NCBI GenBank assembly: GCA_023436075.1
Contig: JAEZKS010000243.1
Location: forward strand, 1 to 37,323
DNA length: 37,323 bases
Direction of reading: 5' to 3'
From: Methanobacteriota archaeon
GTDB taxonomy: Archaea > Halobacteriota > Methanocellia > Methanocellales > Methanocellaceae
The position numbers and the translations under genes are program-made. Of this stretch, positions 8,247-17,353 are shown piece by piece (positions within the stretch are counted from its first letter, which is position 1; every line of letters starts with the position of its first letter). The notes under the pieces are model-generated. The model ran no database searches, was not told the DNA's origin, and saw nothing but the letters and a program-made list of their open reading frames with translations.

Positions 8247-10580
8247 TCATCGTTCCTTCATCGTCAGGACTGCTTCGGTGATCGCCTGGTATCGTTCCGC
8301 AATATTGTAGGCAACGCGGTTGCCGGGCATTATCTCTTTCTCTACAATGCCCGCCTCGCTGAGCTCCTGCATGTAGTTGCTGGCGGCCGTGGTGGAAACT
8401 CCAAGCGCCACGGCGAGGTCGTGGTTCGACGCCCCTGGCATCGACCGCAGCGCTGTGAGCGTCCGGCGCATCGTTTTTCTCCGGACCAGGGAAATGATGA
8501 CTCGCTCGTCGTCCGTATAGGCGTTCGAGTTCGGAAAGAAGCGTACGAACTTGCCGTCGGACCGGTACTCCCTGATCCGGTGATTGATGCCCAGAATGAG
8601 CAGATGATAACGTACCGTGCCCAGGTTCAGGCTCAGGCCACGGGCGATGTCGTAGGCCGTCGAGCCCGGATGACCGGCGACGTAGTCCCGCACGCGGTTG
8701 CGGTTCGGGTTCTGGTCGAGCTGTTCCCTGGCCCGTGTCACCGTGCCGAAGAGGAAAAACTTGAGAAACACGTATGCGACAGCCGCAAATGCTAGCCCGG
8801 CCGCCAGAGTCACGGTACTGCCGCCGATCTTGCCTCCAGTGGCATAGAACAGCGTGTCGTTGCGGACCATAGCCTCGCTGATCCCGCCGTCGACAGCCAG
8901 CTTCCCTACCATCCGGCCATTTGCATCGAGCACATAGATGTCTCTGGCATAAACGCATCGCGATCGTTCCGGGAACACAGGTCGCTCATAGACGATGAAG
9001 TCATAGTTCAGGTATGTCAGCTTATCCCCCGGGTATATCTGGATAATGCTATTCTGCGTCGGAGTCAGCGGGTAATCGTCCATCGTGTAGTAGTCGAAGT
9101 AGACGTTATCCCAGCTTCTATTGATCGACGAATACGGCCAGTCGGGCATGGCTTCGAGTATGTTGCCCTCGTTCAGCGTCAGCGCATGCCGGTCCCTGCC
9201 AGGGACCTCGAAGCTCCATAGTGAGGTGTTGTTCCTGACATCGTAGGCAGTCAGCGTGTTGGATGAATGCTGCCTGGAGCGAAACATCTGGTCAAAGTCG
9301 TCCCCGCTGATGACGCCGTTCATCGAACCCCCGCTGATGGCGTACACGATCCCGTCTCGCCCGGCCAGGGGTACCGGCAAATTGAGCGAGCCGTCGCGAT
9401 CGGCATACATCTGATAATCCCACGCGGACGCGCCGATCGTGCCTTCGGGGGAGATGGTCACGATGCGCGACTGGATCATAAACTCGCTGACACTGGTCAG
9501 GTAAAGGTTGCCATGGCTGTCCATGGGCATCATCTCGAACGGCACATACGTGCCGTCGTCCATCTGCCGCGTCCACAGGACGCTGCCGTTATCGTCGAGC
9601 GCGACGATGCCGTCCCTCATGGGGACGAGCAACGTCCCGTTCCAGTAAAGCGGCAGGCCGCCGTACTCATGTAGCACGTCCCGGGCCACGTACATCCTCG
9701 TGGCGTTGAGGCCGATGTCCTGGCTCCAGACGAGGCTTCCGTCAGGATCGTACGCCACGACAGTGCTCCCGGGTATGCGGTAGGTCGGATCGAATTTTTC
9801 CCGGTGAAGGTTTTCGCCCACTACTACACTGCCATTCGCCAGCCGCCCATCCATGCCCTCCGATTCGTTATAGACGTAGGCGGGCAATGCCGTCCGGACA
9901 GCGTATATCCTCCCGTCCTCGTCGATCGCAGGGGGATCGGCTATATCGGGAATGCGGAACAGGAAACGGCCATCGGCGTCGAGAACGTCCTCACCGTAGT
10001 CATGGAAGACAAAGACACGCTCGTTCCTGACGCTGATTGATACCGGGCTATCGTCGAAATAGTCGCCTGAGTACAGGACGGCGTATGTTGAGACGTTGAC
10101 GGAAAAGTCATATGTCCATTCGATCTTGCCCGCGGGAGAGACCTTCATTACCATCGACGAGGCAGCTGTCATCAGTTCGCTGGAATTCTCTCGTAGCGTC
10201 GTATCGATCGCATAAACGAAGAGCGAGCGGTCCTTCTCTGCCAGCACCGGAATCGACCAGTAGCCGCCCATGCGGCCGCTGTTGTTCATGGAGTATATAG
10301 ACACCATCCAGTTATTGAGTACCCTCCAGGGGCTGGAGACATTGAGCGTCCATGCCACCGTACCGTCGTCCCGGATTGCGTCGATCTCGTTGCCCCGGAA
10401 TGCATACAGCGTGCCGTCGCTCCCGGCGTACAGGTAGCCTACGGTGCCGTTCCCGGGAAGCTCCCATCCTGAGGTAACCGGAGACGACGAGGCGACTGCC
10501 AAAAATAGCAGGCCGGCGAGGACTATCATCGCCAGTACGGCCATCGTCGCAAAGAGATTAGACCGCTCCATGCCGCTCAC
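8247..10580 (-). CDS. Membrane-tethered transcriptional regulator: extracellular PQQ-like beta-propeller, TM helix, C-terminal tandem winged helix-turn-helix
   Basis: N-terminal signal/TM. Repeated propeller blade motifs (DDGTVAWT, PAGKIEWT, PDGSLVWS, DNGSVLWT). TM segment AAGLAFAAVAYVFLKFFLFG. wHTH1 HPGSTAYDIARGLSLNLGTVRYHL and wHTH2 PGASNHDLAVALGVSTTAASNYMQEL. Start GTG 10580 or ATG 10571. Confidence 0.88.
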   Translation of the reverse strand: MSGMERSNLFATMAVLAMIVLAGLLFLAVASSSPVTSGWELPGNGTVGYLYAGSDGTLYAFRGNEIDAIRDDGTVAWTLNVSSPWRVLNNWMVSIYSMNNSGRMGGYWSIPVLAEKDRSLFVYAIDTTLRENSSELMTAASSMVMKVSPAGKIEWTYDFSVNVSTYAVLYSGDYFDDSPVSISVRNERVFVFHDYGEDVLDADGRFLFRIPDIADPPAIDEDGRIYAVRTALPAYVYNESEGMDGRLANGSVVVGENLHREKFDPTYRIPGSTVVAYDPDGSLVWSQDIGLNATRMYVARDVLHEYGGLPLYWNGTLLVPMRDGIVALDDNGSVLWTRQMDDGTYVPFEMMPMDSHGNLYLTSVSEFMIQSRIVTISPEGTIGASAWDYQMYADRDGSLNLPVPLAGRDGIVYAISGGSMNGVISGDDFDQMFRSRQHSSNTLTAYDVRNNTSLWSFEVPGRDRHALTLNEGNILEAMPDWPYSSINRSWDNVYFDYYTMDDYPLTPTQNSIIQIYPGDKLTYLNYDFIVYERPVFPERSRCVYARDIYVLDANGRMVGKLAVDGGISEAMVRNDTLFYATGGKIGGSTVTLAAGLAFAAVAYVFLKFFLFGTVTRAREQLDQNPNRNRVRDYVAGHPGSTAYDIARGLSLNLGTVRYHLLILGINHRIREYRSDGKFVRFFPNSNAYTDDERVIISLVRRKTMRRTLTALRSMPGASNHDLAVALGVSTTAASNYMQELSEAGIVEKEIMPGNRVAYNIAERYQAITEAVLTMKER

Positions 10581-10654
10581 ATCTAGCCAATGCGGCGGGG
10601 CTTAAATATAGCTTCTCTCACAAACCATTGACGGCAAATAGAGAATATTACCGG

Positions 10655-11674
10655 CTACAGTAGTGCCGTGCCATTAGCCGGTAGTGTCGTACCGGGCGGC
10701 GCCGACACGTTCACCCAGAGGTTGCAGGTCCGGTACGGCGTATCAGGCACTCCGTCCACGTACAGCAGGAACTGCAGGTTCAGATTATCTCCGGCCCGGT
10801 CCATCGTGAGGTTGATCATTTTCTCCAGCGTATCGTTATCGGCGATGGCGAATCGATCGGAGTATATCGTCCTGCGCTGGGAGCCGATGCCGTCGATGGT
10901 CACCGCGAGGTTATAGGTCATGGCCGTGCCCTCGTGGTTGGAGATGCCGATGATCACTGGCGCCGTGTCGCCCAGTTTGCTCTTTAGCGGGTACTCGGCG
11001 AGGGTACCGTTCTTGCCATAGATGTAAAACTCGGTATACTGCTCATGCTTGACCGGCACGGCCGCCAGGAAGCCTGCGGTGATGATCACCAGCGCCAGCG
11101 AGATGATAAGCATGGCAGTGGCCGCCCGGCCCGCCCCCGCCTTCTTCCGCAGGGAAAGCGCATTCCACGCGTCGCTCACAGGAGCGGCCAGGTCCAGGCA
11201 GAAGCGCTCGGCTGACGGCAGGCGACGCCGACGATACAGCGCCACAGCCATGAACGCGATAGTGAAAAGCGATATGCTTGTGGCCATCGGCATGGCACGT
11301 ACCCCGAAGGTCGTGTAATTGAGCGCGAACCCGATCAGTGGGGAGAAGACCAGCGACATGCCGACCGACAGCGCTGCACGCTCGATACCCCCGGGCCCGC
11401 TTCTCGCCGGATAGAGCGCGGCGACGAAGGCGTATCCAGGGAGGAACATGAACAGGATGACGATCAGGCCGAACCGCAGCAGCGTATCGCTGACTCCTGG
11501 CGTATACATCGAGAGCAACGATGCGGCGACGAGCGCCATAATGATGAGCACATCTGCGAAAATGCCGTTGAGAATTCCTGACTGACGCTTAACTGCCAGC
11601 ATCGCCATGTCCGGGTAGCCTAAGTGATGTCCTGCCATATCTGAAGCCTCGGTGTCCGATTTATTATATACCAT
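10655..11674 (-). CDS. DUF1616-family archaeal membrane protein
   Basis: FLPGYAFVAALYP, IERAALSVGMSL..PLIGFALNYT, YTEFYI, IGISNHEG and PYRTCNLWVNV patterns typical of DUF1616. Confidence 0.88.
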   Translation of the reverse strand: MVYNKSDTEASDMAGHHLGYPDMAMLAVKRQSGILNGIFADVLIIMALVAASLLSMYTPGVSDTLLRFGLIVILFMFLPGYAFVAALYPARSGPGGIERAALSVGMSLVFSPLIGFALNYTTFGVRAMPMATSISLFTIAFMAVALYRRRRLPSAERFCLDLAAPVSDAWNALSLRKKAGAGRAATAMLIISLALVIITAGFLAAVPVKHEQYTEFYIYGKNGTLAEYPLKSKLGDTAPVIIGISNHEGTAMTYNLAVTIDGIGSQRRTIYSDRFAIADNDTLEKMINLTMDRAGDNLNLQFLLYVDGVPDTPYRTCNLWVNVSAPPGTTLPANGTALL

Positions 11675-11820
11675 TTTAATTTCATTTTAAAATATTGGTA
11701 TTATAATATTAATATTTTACCGCATGCTGAACAGTCGCATGTACGTCAGGTGAAGATCATCCTGATGCCAAATAGAGATGATAAAAGCCGAGAATAACGA
11801 GGTACGGGCGTATAAATGGC

Positions 11821-11855
11821 AAAAAAAGAAGGGCAAGGGATTGGCTCCCTTGCTC
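11821..11855 (-). terminator. Terminator of large surface-protein gene
   Basis: Stem GCAAGGGA (11833-11840) / TCCCTTGC (11846-11853), followed on the minus strand by TTCTTTTTTT, just past the stop at 11868. Confidence 0.7.
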
Positions 11856-11867
11856 AACTCATTCAAT

Positions 11868-14800
11868 TTAGTGCGGGGTGTACACTGGCGTGGGCGTGGG
11901 GTTACTGCCCCATGTGCTCTGCGATGGCAGGTACTTGATATTGGTCCCGTCGAAGAGGTTTCTGACGTTGCCATGCATGTAATTCCGCTCCAGCGTGATG
12001 TTATCACACTTCCGCACGGGGCTGTAGTCGCTGTAGCCCGAGTATATTTCGATGCCATAGTCGGCGCCGGAGACTTCGTTGTAGCGGAACCAGAGGTTCC
12101 GGGCCCCGCGGTCGACGTATATGCCGGGCGACACCGTCTTGCCGGTGCCTACGGCGGGAATCTCCACCACCCGGTTGTACTGGTACAGGTTGTACTCGCT
12201 GAGGAAACCGGTCTTAATCCCGTAGCCGCCCAGACTCACGTTGTTGAACTCAATTGTGTTGTAGTCGCTGTGGTACAGCTTGAACGGGTAGTAGTGGCCG
12301 AGGATCAAGTTGTGGTCGATCTCCAGGTAATTGCAGCCATTATCGGCGTCGGTCGTGTCACCGAAGGACATGCCGTCGTGGGCGTTGTAGTGCTTGTAGC
12401 CCGCGCCTGGCGTGTCGCCGGTTCCCTGGTACGGGAAGTAGTCTATCTGGTTGTTGTTGACCCTGCCGCGGGTGTCATACTTGAACTCCATATCGATGCC
12501 CCTGCCCGCACGTCCCGTTCCCTTTCCCGTAGCTGGGTTATATGTGTCGGGGCCACCCGGAGGGCTGGGTATGTGGTTGTAGCTCACCCGGATGTCTGTG
12601 CTGCTATACACGCCGATGTTGGTGTACCCGTTGTAGGCCAGGTTGCCGTCCACGACCGGGCTGCTGCACGAGTCCACGACGATACCCTTTGACGCAGTTG
12701 TACTCACGCCGGGGGCGTCGCTCTGGTGCGAGCTGTCCAGCACGTAGTAGGAGTTGACCGTGTTGCTCAGTATGCGCGGGCTGGCCACGTTTTTCGCACT
12801 GATGCCTGGGTTCGTGTCCACAGTCTTGACGGTGTTATGGTCGACGGTGACTCTGTCTGCCGAGATGGTGATCTTGCTGCTCTTCAGGCCGCTCACGCGG
12901 GCGCCGGCTCCGGTGATGGTGACCGTGCCCACGGTGTGGCCGTTGCCGAACAGGTTGACCGCTTTGCTCACGGTGAGCGTTGACAGGTCAGCGGTGAGCA
13001 CCGCGTTTGCGCCCGAGGGCAGCGCGTTCAGGGCGGACTGCGACGATACGGACGTGGCACCGGATGGCACTGCCGGGTTGATGTAAATCGGCCCGGGGCC
13101 GCCGGAGAGGCCTGCCTGGTCAACGCCGTAGGAGCCAGGAGCCCATGAGCCATCCTGGTTCGGAGTCGGCGTCGGGGTGACCGTGGGTTTTGGCGTGGCC
13201 GTCGGGGTAGCCGTCGGACCGGGCGTCGGCGTCACGGTAGGCTTTGGTGTGCCCGTAGGTGCCGGAGTGGCCGTCGGGCTGCCCGAATTACCGAGCACGA
13301 AGTTCGTGATCGAGGCGATCAGAGGGTAGTTATCCTTGATGCCATTAGCATTGTACACGGCGTCGCCGAGACCGTTACTATCCTGGTCGGTACTCTTGTA
13401 GTCACCCCAGAAGTTGCCCACGATATGCGCAGAGTACGCTTTACCCTTGAACGTGTATGTCAGTGCTGTCGGAGAGTTGAAGGTGTTAGATACACCGCTC
13501 ACAGTCGCACCGTTACTGAAATCGTTCATATAGATCGTGTTGCCCGTGCTGGTGCCTTCGATGCTCAAACCTTTGCCCGACGAGGACACCTTGTTGCCAG
13601 TCAGCGTGTTCTTGTTACTATTCCGAATGCCAATGCCCGCAGTGGCGGTACCGCTAACCGTGTTATCCTTAACTGTCATGCCAGTACCAGTCTCGAGGAA
13701 GATACCCCAACCGCTACCTGACACCTTGTTATTGACGATGGTAGCACCAGTACCGGACACGTAGATAGCACTGTTCGAGTTGCCACTGTTGCGGACAGTG
13801 AAACTGTCGATCGTGGCAGCAGCCCTGACGCGGAACGCAGGACCTTTACCACCAGCGTCAACGATGGGAGTAGCGCCGGAAGCCGCCTTGATCGTAACAG
13901 CCTTATCGACGACCACGTTCTCGTTATAAGTGCCAGACTGCACGAGAATGACACCGCCAACGCTCACAGCATTGACCGCCGACTGGATCGTCTTATAAGT
14001 ACTGCTCGGCCCTACAGTAATCGTCTGCGCCGGGACCGGCGTGGCCGTCGGTGTCGGCGTTGCCGTGGGCGTTGCTGTCGGTTTTATCGTTGGTTTTGGC
14101 GGTGGGGTCGGAGCTATCGTTGGTTTCGGTGTAGCCGTTGGTGTCGGGTTATTTGAGCCGCCGGTCGTATAGCTTGTGATCGATTCTACCAGCGGACAGG
14201 AGTCTCTGACCCCGTTACTAGTATACACCGCGTCACCAAGACCGTTCGCATTATTATCCGCACCCTTATAGTCAGCCCAGTGATTGCCAAGATAGTTCGT
14301 CATCGTTTTACCATGATACGTGTACGTGGTAACAGGAGAGTAGTAAGTGTTGGATACTCCGCTCACAGTGTAGCCGTTGTTAAAGTCGTTCAGATAGATC
14401 ACGTTACCGGAGCTACTGCCCTCAACGCTCAATCCCTTGTCGGAATTGGTCACCTTGTTGCCAGTCACCGTATTCTTGTTGCTATTTCGGAGAGTGATCC
14501 CTGCGCTGGCCGCGCCGTCCACTGTGTTACCTTTGACGGTGTTGCCAGTGCCAGTTTCGAGGAAGATGCCCCAGCCGCAGCCTGACACTTTGTTGTTTGT
14601 GATGGTCGCGCCACTGACAGAGACGATGATACCACTGTTGGATTTGCCGCTGTTACGCACGGTGAAACCGTCGATTATCGCAGCAGCTTTTACCCGGAAC
14701 GCCGGAGCATTTCCTCCCGCGTCCACGACGGGCGAGGCGCCTGAGGCCGCCTTCACCGTAACAGCCTTGTCGACGACAACGTTCTCGTTGTAGGTGCCGC

Positions 14801-15038
14801 TGCTCACCAGGATAACATCCCCGGCGCTGGCAGCGTTAACTGCCGACTGGATAGTCTTGTAAGTCCCGCTCGGACTTACCGTGATGGTCTTCGCAGCCGA
14901 TGCCAAAAGGCCGCCGGCGGCCGCAAAAGAAGCGATCAGCGCAATGGCTATCAATGCGGTCAATAATCTGTTTTTTATTTTTACACCACCTTTGTTTTTA
15001 TTTAAAATGTCTCGACAGGGGCCAAGCAGGCGATTCAT
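11868..15038 (-). CDS. Large secreted cell-surface protein with three parallel beta-helix (NosD/CASH, pectin-lyase-like) domains and Pro/Thr linkers
   Basis: Signal peptide. Two ~240-aa repeats starting TITV.PS.TYKTIQSAVNA..G.VILV.SGTYNENVVVDK and ending GN.W.DY...D...NGLGD..Y.....D..PL. Two PT-rich linkers and a third divergent beta-helix. True start is probably downstream of 15038 (see findings). Confidence 0.88.
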   Translation of the reverse strand: MNRLLGPCRDILNKNKGGVKIKNRLLTALIAIALIASFAAAGGLLASAAKTITVSPSGTYKTIQSAVNAASAGDVILVSSGTYNENVVVDKAVTVKAASGASPVVDAGGNAPAFRVKAAAIIDGFTVRNSGKSNSGIIVSVSGATITNNKVSGCGWGIFLETGTGNTVKGNTVDGAASAGITLRNSNKNTVTGNKVTNSDKGLSVEGSSSGNVIYLNDFNNGYTVSGVSNTYYSPVTTYTYHGKTMTNYLGNHWADYKGADNNANGLGDAVYTSNGVRDSCPLVESITSYTTGGSNNPTPTATPKPTIAPTPPPKPTIKPTATPTATPTPTATPVPAQTITVGPSSTYKTIQSAVNAVSVGGVILVQSGTYNENVVVDKAVTIKAASGATPIVDAGGKGPAFRVRAAATIDSFTVRNSGNSNSAIYVSGTGATIVNNKVSGSGWGIFLETGTGMTVKDNTVSGTATAGIGIRNSNKNTLTGNKVSSSGKGLSIEGTSTGNTIYMNDFSNGATVSGVSNTFNSPTALTYTFKGKAYSAHIVGNFWGDYKSTDQDSNGLGDAVYNANGIKDNYPLIASITNFVLGNSGSPTATPAPTGTPKPTVTPTPGPTATPTATPKPTVTPTPTPNQDGSWAPGSYGVDQAGLSGGPGPIYINPAVPSGATSVSSQSALNALPSGANAVLTADLSTLTVSKAVNLFGNGHTVGTVTITGAGARVSGLKSSKITISADRVTVDHNTVKTVDTNPGISAKNVASPRILSNTVNSYYVLDSSHQSDAPGVSTTASKGIVVDSCSSPVVDGNLAYNGYTNIGVYSSTDIRVSYNHIPSPPGGPDTYNPATGKGTGRAGRGIDMEFKYDTRGRVNNNQIDYFPYQGTGDTPGAGYKHYNAHDGMSFGDTTDADNGCNYLEIDHNLILGHYYPFKLYHSDYNTIEFNNVSLGGYGIKTGFLSEYNLYQYNRVVEIPAVGTGKTVSPGIYVDRGARNLWFRYNEVSGADYGIEIYSGYSDYSPVRKCDNITLERNYMHGNVRNLFDGTNIKYLPSQSTWGSNPTPTPVYTPH

Positions 15039-15102
15039 CGCTCCTGATAGGATACAGGCTGCTAAGCGACCCTTTACGTGCTTGGTTGGTTAGCAAGATA
15101 TG

Positions 15103-15118
15103 TTATAAATACTTTGTA
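15103..15118 (-). promoter_or_regulatory. Probable BRE/TATA of surface-protein gene
   Basis: Minus strand ACAAAGTATTTATAA, with TTTATAA at 15103-15109. Confidence 0.55.
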
Positions 15119-15444
15119 CTGAAAATCGAAAATATTTTTCAATTTGGGGCGGAATTGGAAATTAATACGTATTAAAAACCAAAATATGACAAATTTTAAA
15201 TTTTATTTGGATCAATTTATTAGGCTTCCGGGCAGGCCCCGGGAAAAATTTCGCGCTTGCTGAGCAAACGCATATGGCCAGCCGATTCCCGAAGCCTTTC
15301 GAGAACTATAAAAAGAGCTTTGATCATTTGTTCTTGTTTCGGCTATGTGTCGTATGATCTTCCCGCCAGGGGAACCCGAAGCAAGGCCTGGTAAAGAAGC
15401 CATCCCCGGAAAATCCGTCGATTACCCTGTCCTGGCTTCTATAC

Positions 15445-15488
15445 AAGAGAGCCCTGCGGCTCGGTCACGCGCGCGTGAGGTCGGCCGT
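15445..15488. repeat. REP-like palindrome centred on TCACGCGCGCGTGA
   Basis: Perfect 14-bp palindrome at 15465-15478 with pairing flanks GCGGC..CGG / TCG.GCCGT. The same core recurs at 1446, 1778, 20826, 20895 and 36212. Confidence 0.7.
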
Positions 15489-15612
15489 GCTGAGAGTCCT
15501 CGTGTTTGAGCTGGGCTGCAAGGCTCCCTTGCCAAAGCCATCAGTAAGCCCGTTTCGCAACTTTTATATAATTTATTAGTATAATAATACTTGCATTATA
15601 AGAGGTTATTCT

Positions 15613-17091
15613 ATGAACGGTCGATTACAGAAGCTCATCGAAGCACGTGGGCCGATCAGAAAGGCCGGCGTAATTGGCATGGGCTACGTTGGCATCCCGT
15701 CTGCCGTGCTGCTGGCAGACTGCCCGACAATGGACTGCGTCTACGGCTTTCAGCGCGACTCCCCCTCGTCCGGGCACAAGATCGAGATGCTCAACCGGGG
15801 CGAGAGCCCGTTAAAAGGCGAAGAGCCCGGGCTGGAACCACTCATCAGGAAAGTAGTGAGCGAGGGCAAGTTCCGCTGCACCTCCGACTTCTCGAAGATC
15901 GGTGAGCTCGATGCGGTCACGCTGGCCATACAGACGCCGTTCAAGGATTCGAAGGACCTGGTGCCTGACTTCAGCGCCCTCGTCGAGGGTCTGAAGATGG
16001 CGGGACGGCACATAACGCCCGGCGCACTGGTGGTCCTGGAGTCCACGATCACTCCGGGCACGACGACCGGGATGGCCCGGGATATCCTGGAGCTGGAAAG
16101 CGGCATGAAGGCAGGGGAAGACTTCGCACTCGCCCATGCGCCCGAGCGAGTCATGGTCGGCCGCCTACTCAGGAATATCCAGGAGCACGATCGTATCGTC
16201 GGCGGCATCGACGAGACAAGCACACGACGTGCTGTCGAGCTGTACCGGCCCGTGCTGACCAAGGGCCGGATCATCCCGATGTCGGCTACCGCCGCAGAGG
16301 TGACAAAGACAGCGGAGAACACGTTCCGCGACCTGCAGATCGCGGCGGCCAACGAGCTGGCGCTTTACTGCGAGGCGATGGGCATTAACTTCTACGACGT
16401 CCGGGCGGGCATCGACAGCCTCAAGGGCGAGGGGATCACCCGCGCCATCCTCTGGCCAGGGGCCGGCGTAGGCGGACACTGCCTGACCAAGGACACCTAT
16501 CACTTAGAGAGAGGAGTAAAGATCATGAACGGGCGGCTGGACTACCCGCAGGGCGAAAAGTCGATCTTCGTCCTGGCTCGCAACGTCAATGACTTCATGC
16601 CCCGGCACATGTTCAACCTGACTGTGGACGCACTGAGTCGTGCCGGCAAGGACATCAGAGGCTCCCGGGTGGCCATGCTGGGCTGGGCATTCCTCGGCAA
16701 CTCGGACGATGCGAGGAACACGCCTTCGGAGGCCTATCACCAGCTTCTGACTGAAGCAGGTGCCGTGCCCATGGTACACGACTGCTACGTGGAGAAGTAC
16801 CCGGGCGTGAGCATAGGACATGACCTCGACGAGACGCTCCGCGGAGCCGACGCAATCGCCGTCATGACCGGCCACGACAGCTATAGGTCGCTGGACCCGG
16901 AGCATCTGAAGGCACTGGCCTCTCCCGGCAGGCCAGCGATCATCGACGGGCGGAACGTGATCGATCCTGATGCCTTCATAGCGGCTGGATTCGTCTATAA
17001 GGGCATCGGCCGGGGTGACAAGAACTCGCATCCTGTCGGAATGAGTTGCCGGCGGTTAGAAGAGATAGCCGCTACGCCATTCGTCCGCTAG
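15613..17091 (+). CDS. UDP-N-acetylhexosamine 6-dehydrogenase (WbpA/WecC-like nucleotide-sugar dehydrogenase)
   Basis: GMGYVG Rossmann motif, ESTITPGTT, APER, AEVTKTAENTFRDLQIAAANE, PGAGVGGHCLTKD (catalytic Cys) and DDARNTPS. Confidence 0.93.
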   Translation: MNGRLQKLIEARGPIRKAGVIGMGYVGIPSAVLLADCPTMDCVYGFQRDSPSSGHKIEMLNRGESPLKGEEPGLEPLIRKVVSEGKFRCTSDFSKIGELDAVTLAIQTPFKDSKDLVPDFSALVEGLKMAGRHITPGALVVLESTITPGTTTGMARDILELESGMKAGEDFALAHAPERVMVGRLLRNIQEHDRIVGGIDETSTRRAVELYRPVLTKGRIIPMSATAAEVTKTAENTFRDLQIAAANELALYCEAMGINFYDVRAGIDSLKGEGITRAILWPGAGVGGHCLTKDTYHLERGVKIMNGRLDYPQGEKSIFVLARNVNDFMPRHMFNLTVDALSRAGKDIRGSRVAMLGWAFLGNSDDARNTPSEAYHQLLTEAGAVPMVHDCYVEKYPGVSIGHDLDETLRGADAIAVMTGHDSYRSLDPEHLKALASPGRPAIIDGRNVIDPDAFIAAGFVYKGIGRGDKNSHPVGMSCRRLEEIAATPFVR

Positions 17092-17120
17092 ATAACTTAT
17101 ACATACAGCATGTGTTTCAG

Positions 17121-17226
17121 GACACGAAGGTACACGAAGGACGGTTAATGGAGAGGCTTCCCATTGCCTCATTTCCTAAAAATCCTTTGTGTACCGTTGT
17201 GTGCACCTGGTGTAACCTTGCGTCCT
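17121..17226. repeat. Short CACGAAGG-periodic inverted repeat
   Basis: ACACGAAGGTACACGAAGGA (17122-17141) pairs with TCCTTTGTGTACCGTTGTGT (17183-17202): 17 Watson-Crick pairs, 2 G-T, 1 mismatch. Confidence 0.7.
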
Positions 17227-17353
17227 ATAACCACTCTGGCTATCGTGATGCAGGCAGTTTTTAACACCGGGCCCGCAATCATCCGCTTTTTATGCAACCA
17301 GCTACTATGCAAACTATTATATACCATCAATATTATAATGTTAAAAGAATATT

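Noticed and set aside
13160..14150. Short tandem repeats (GTCGG/GTGGC) at 13160-13280 and 14030-14150 as a non-coding repeat element
   Set aside because: They simply encode the Pro/Thr linkers of the surface protein.
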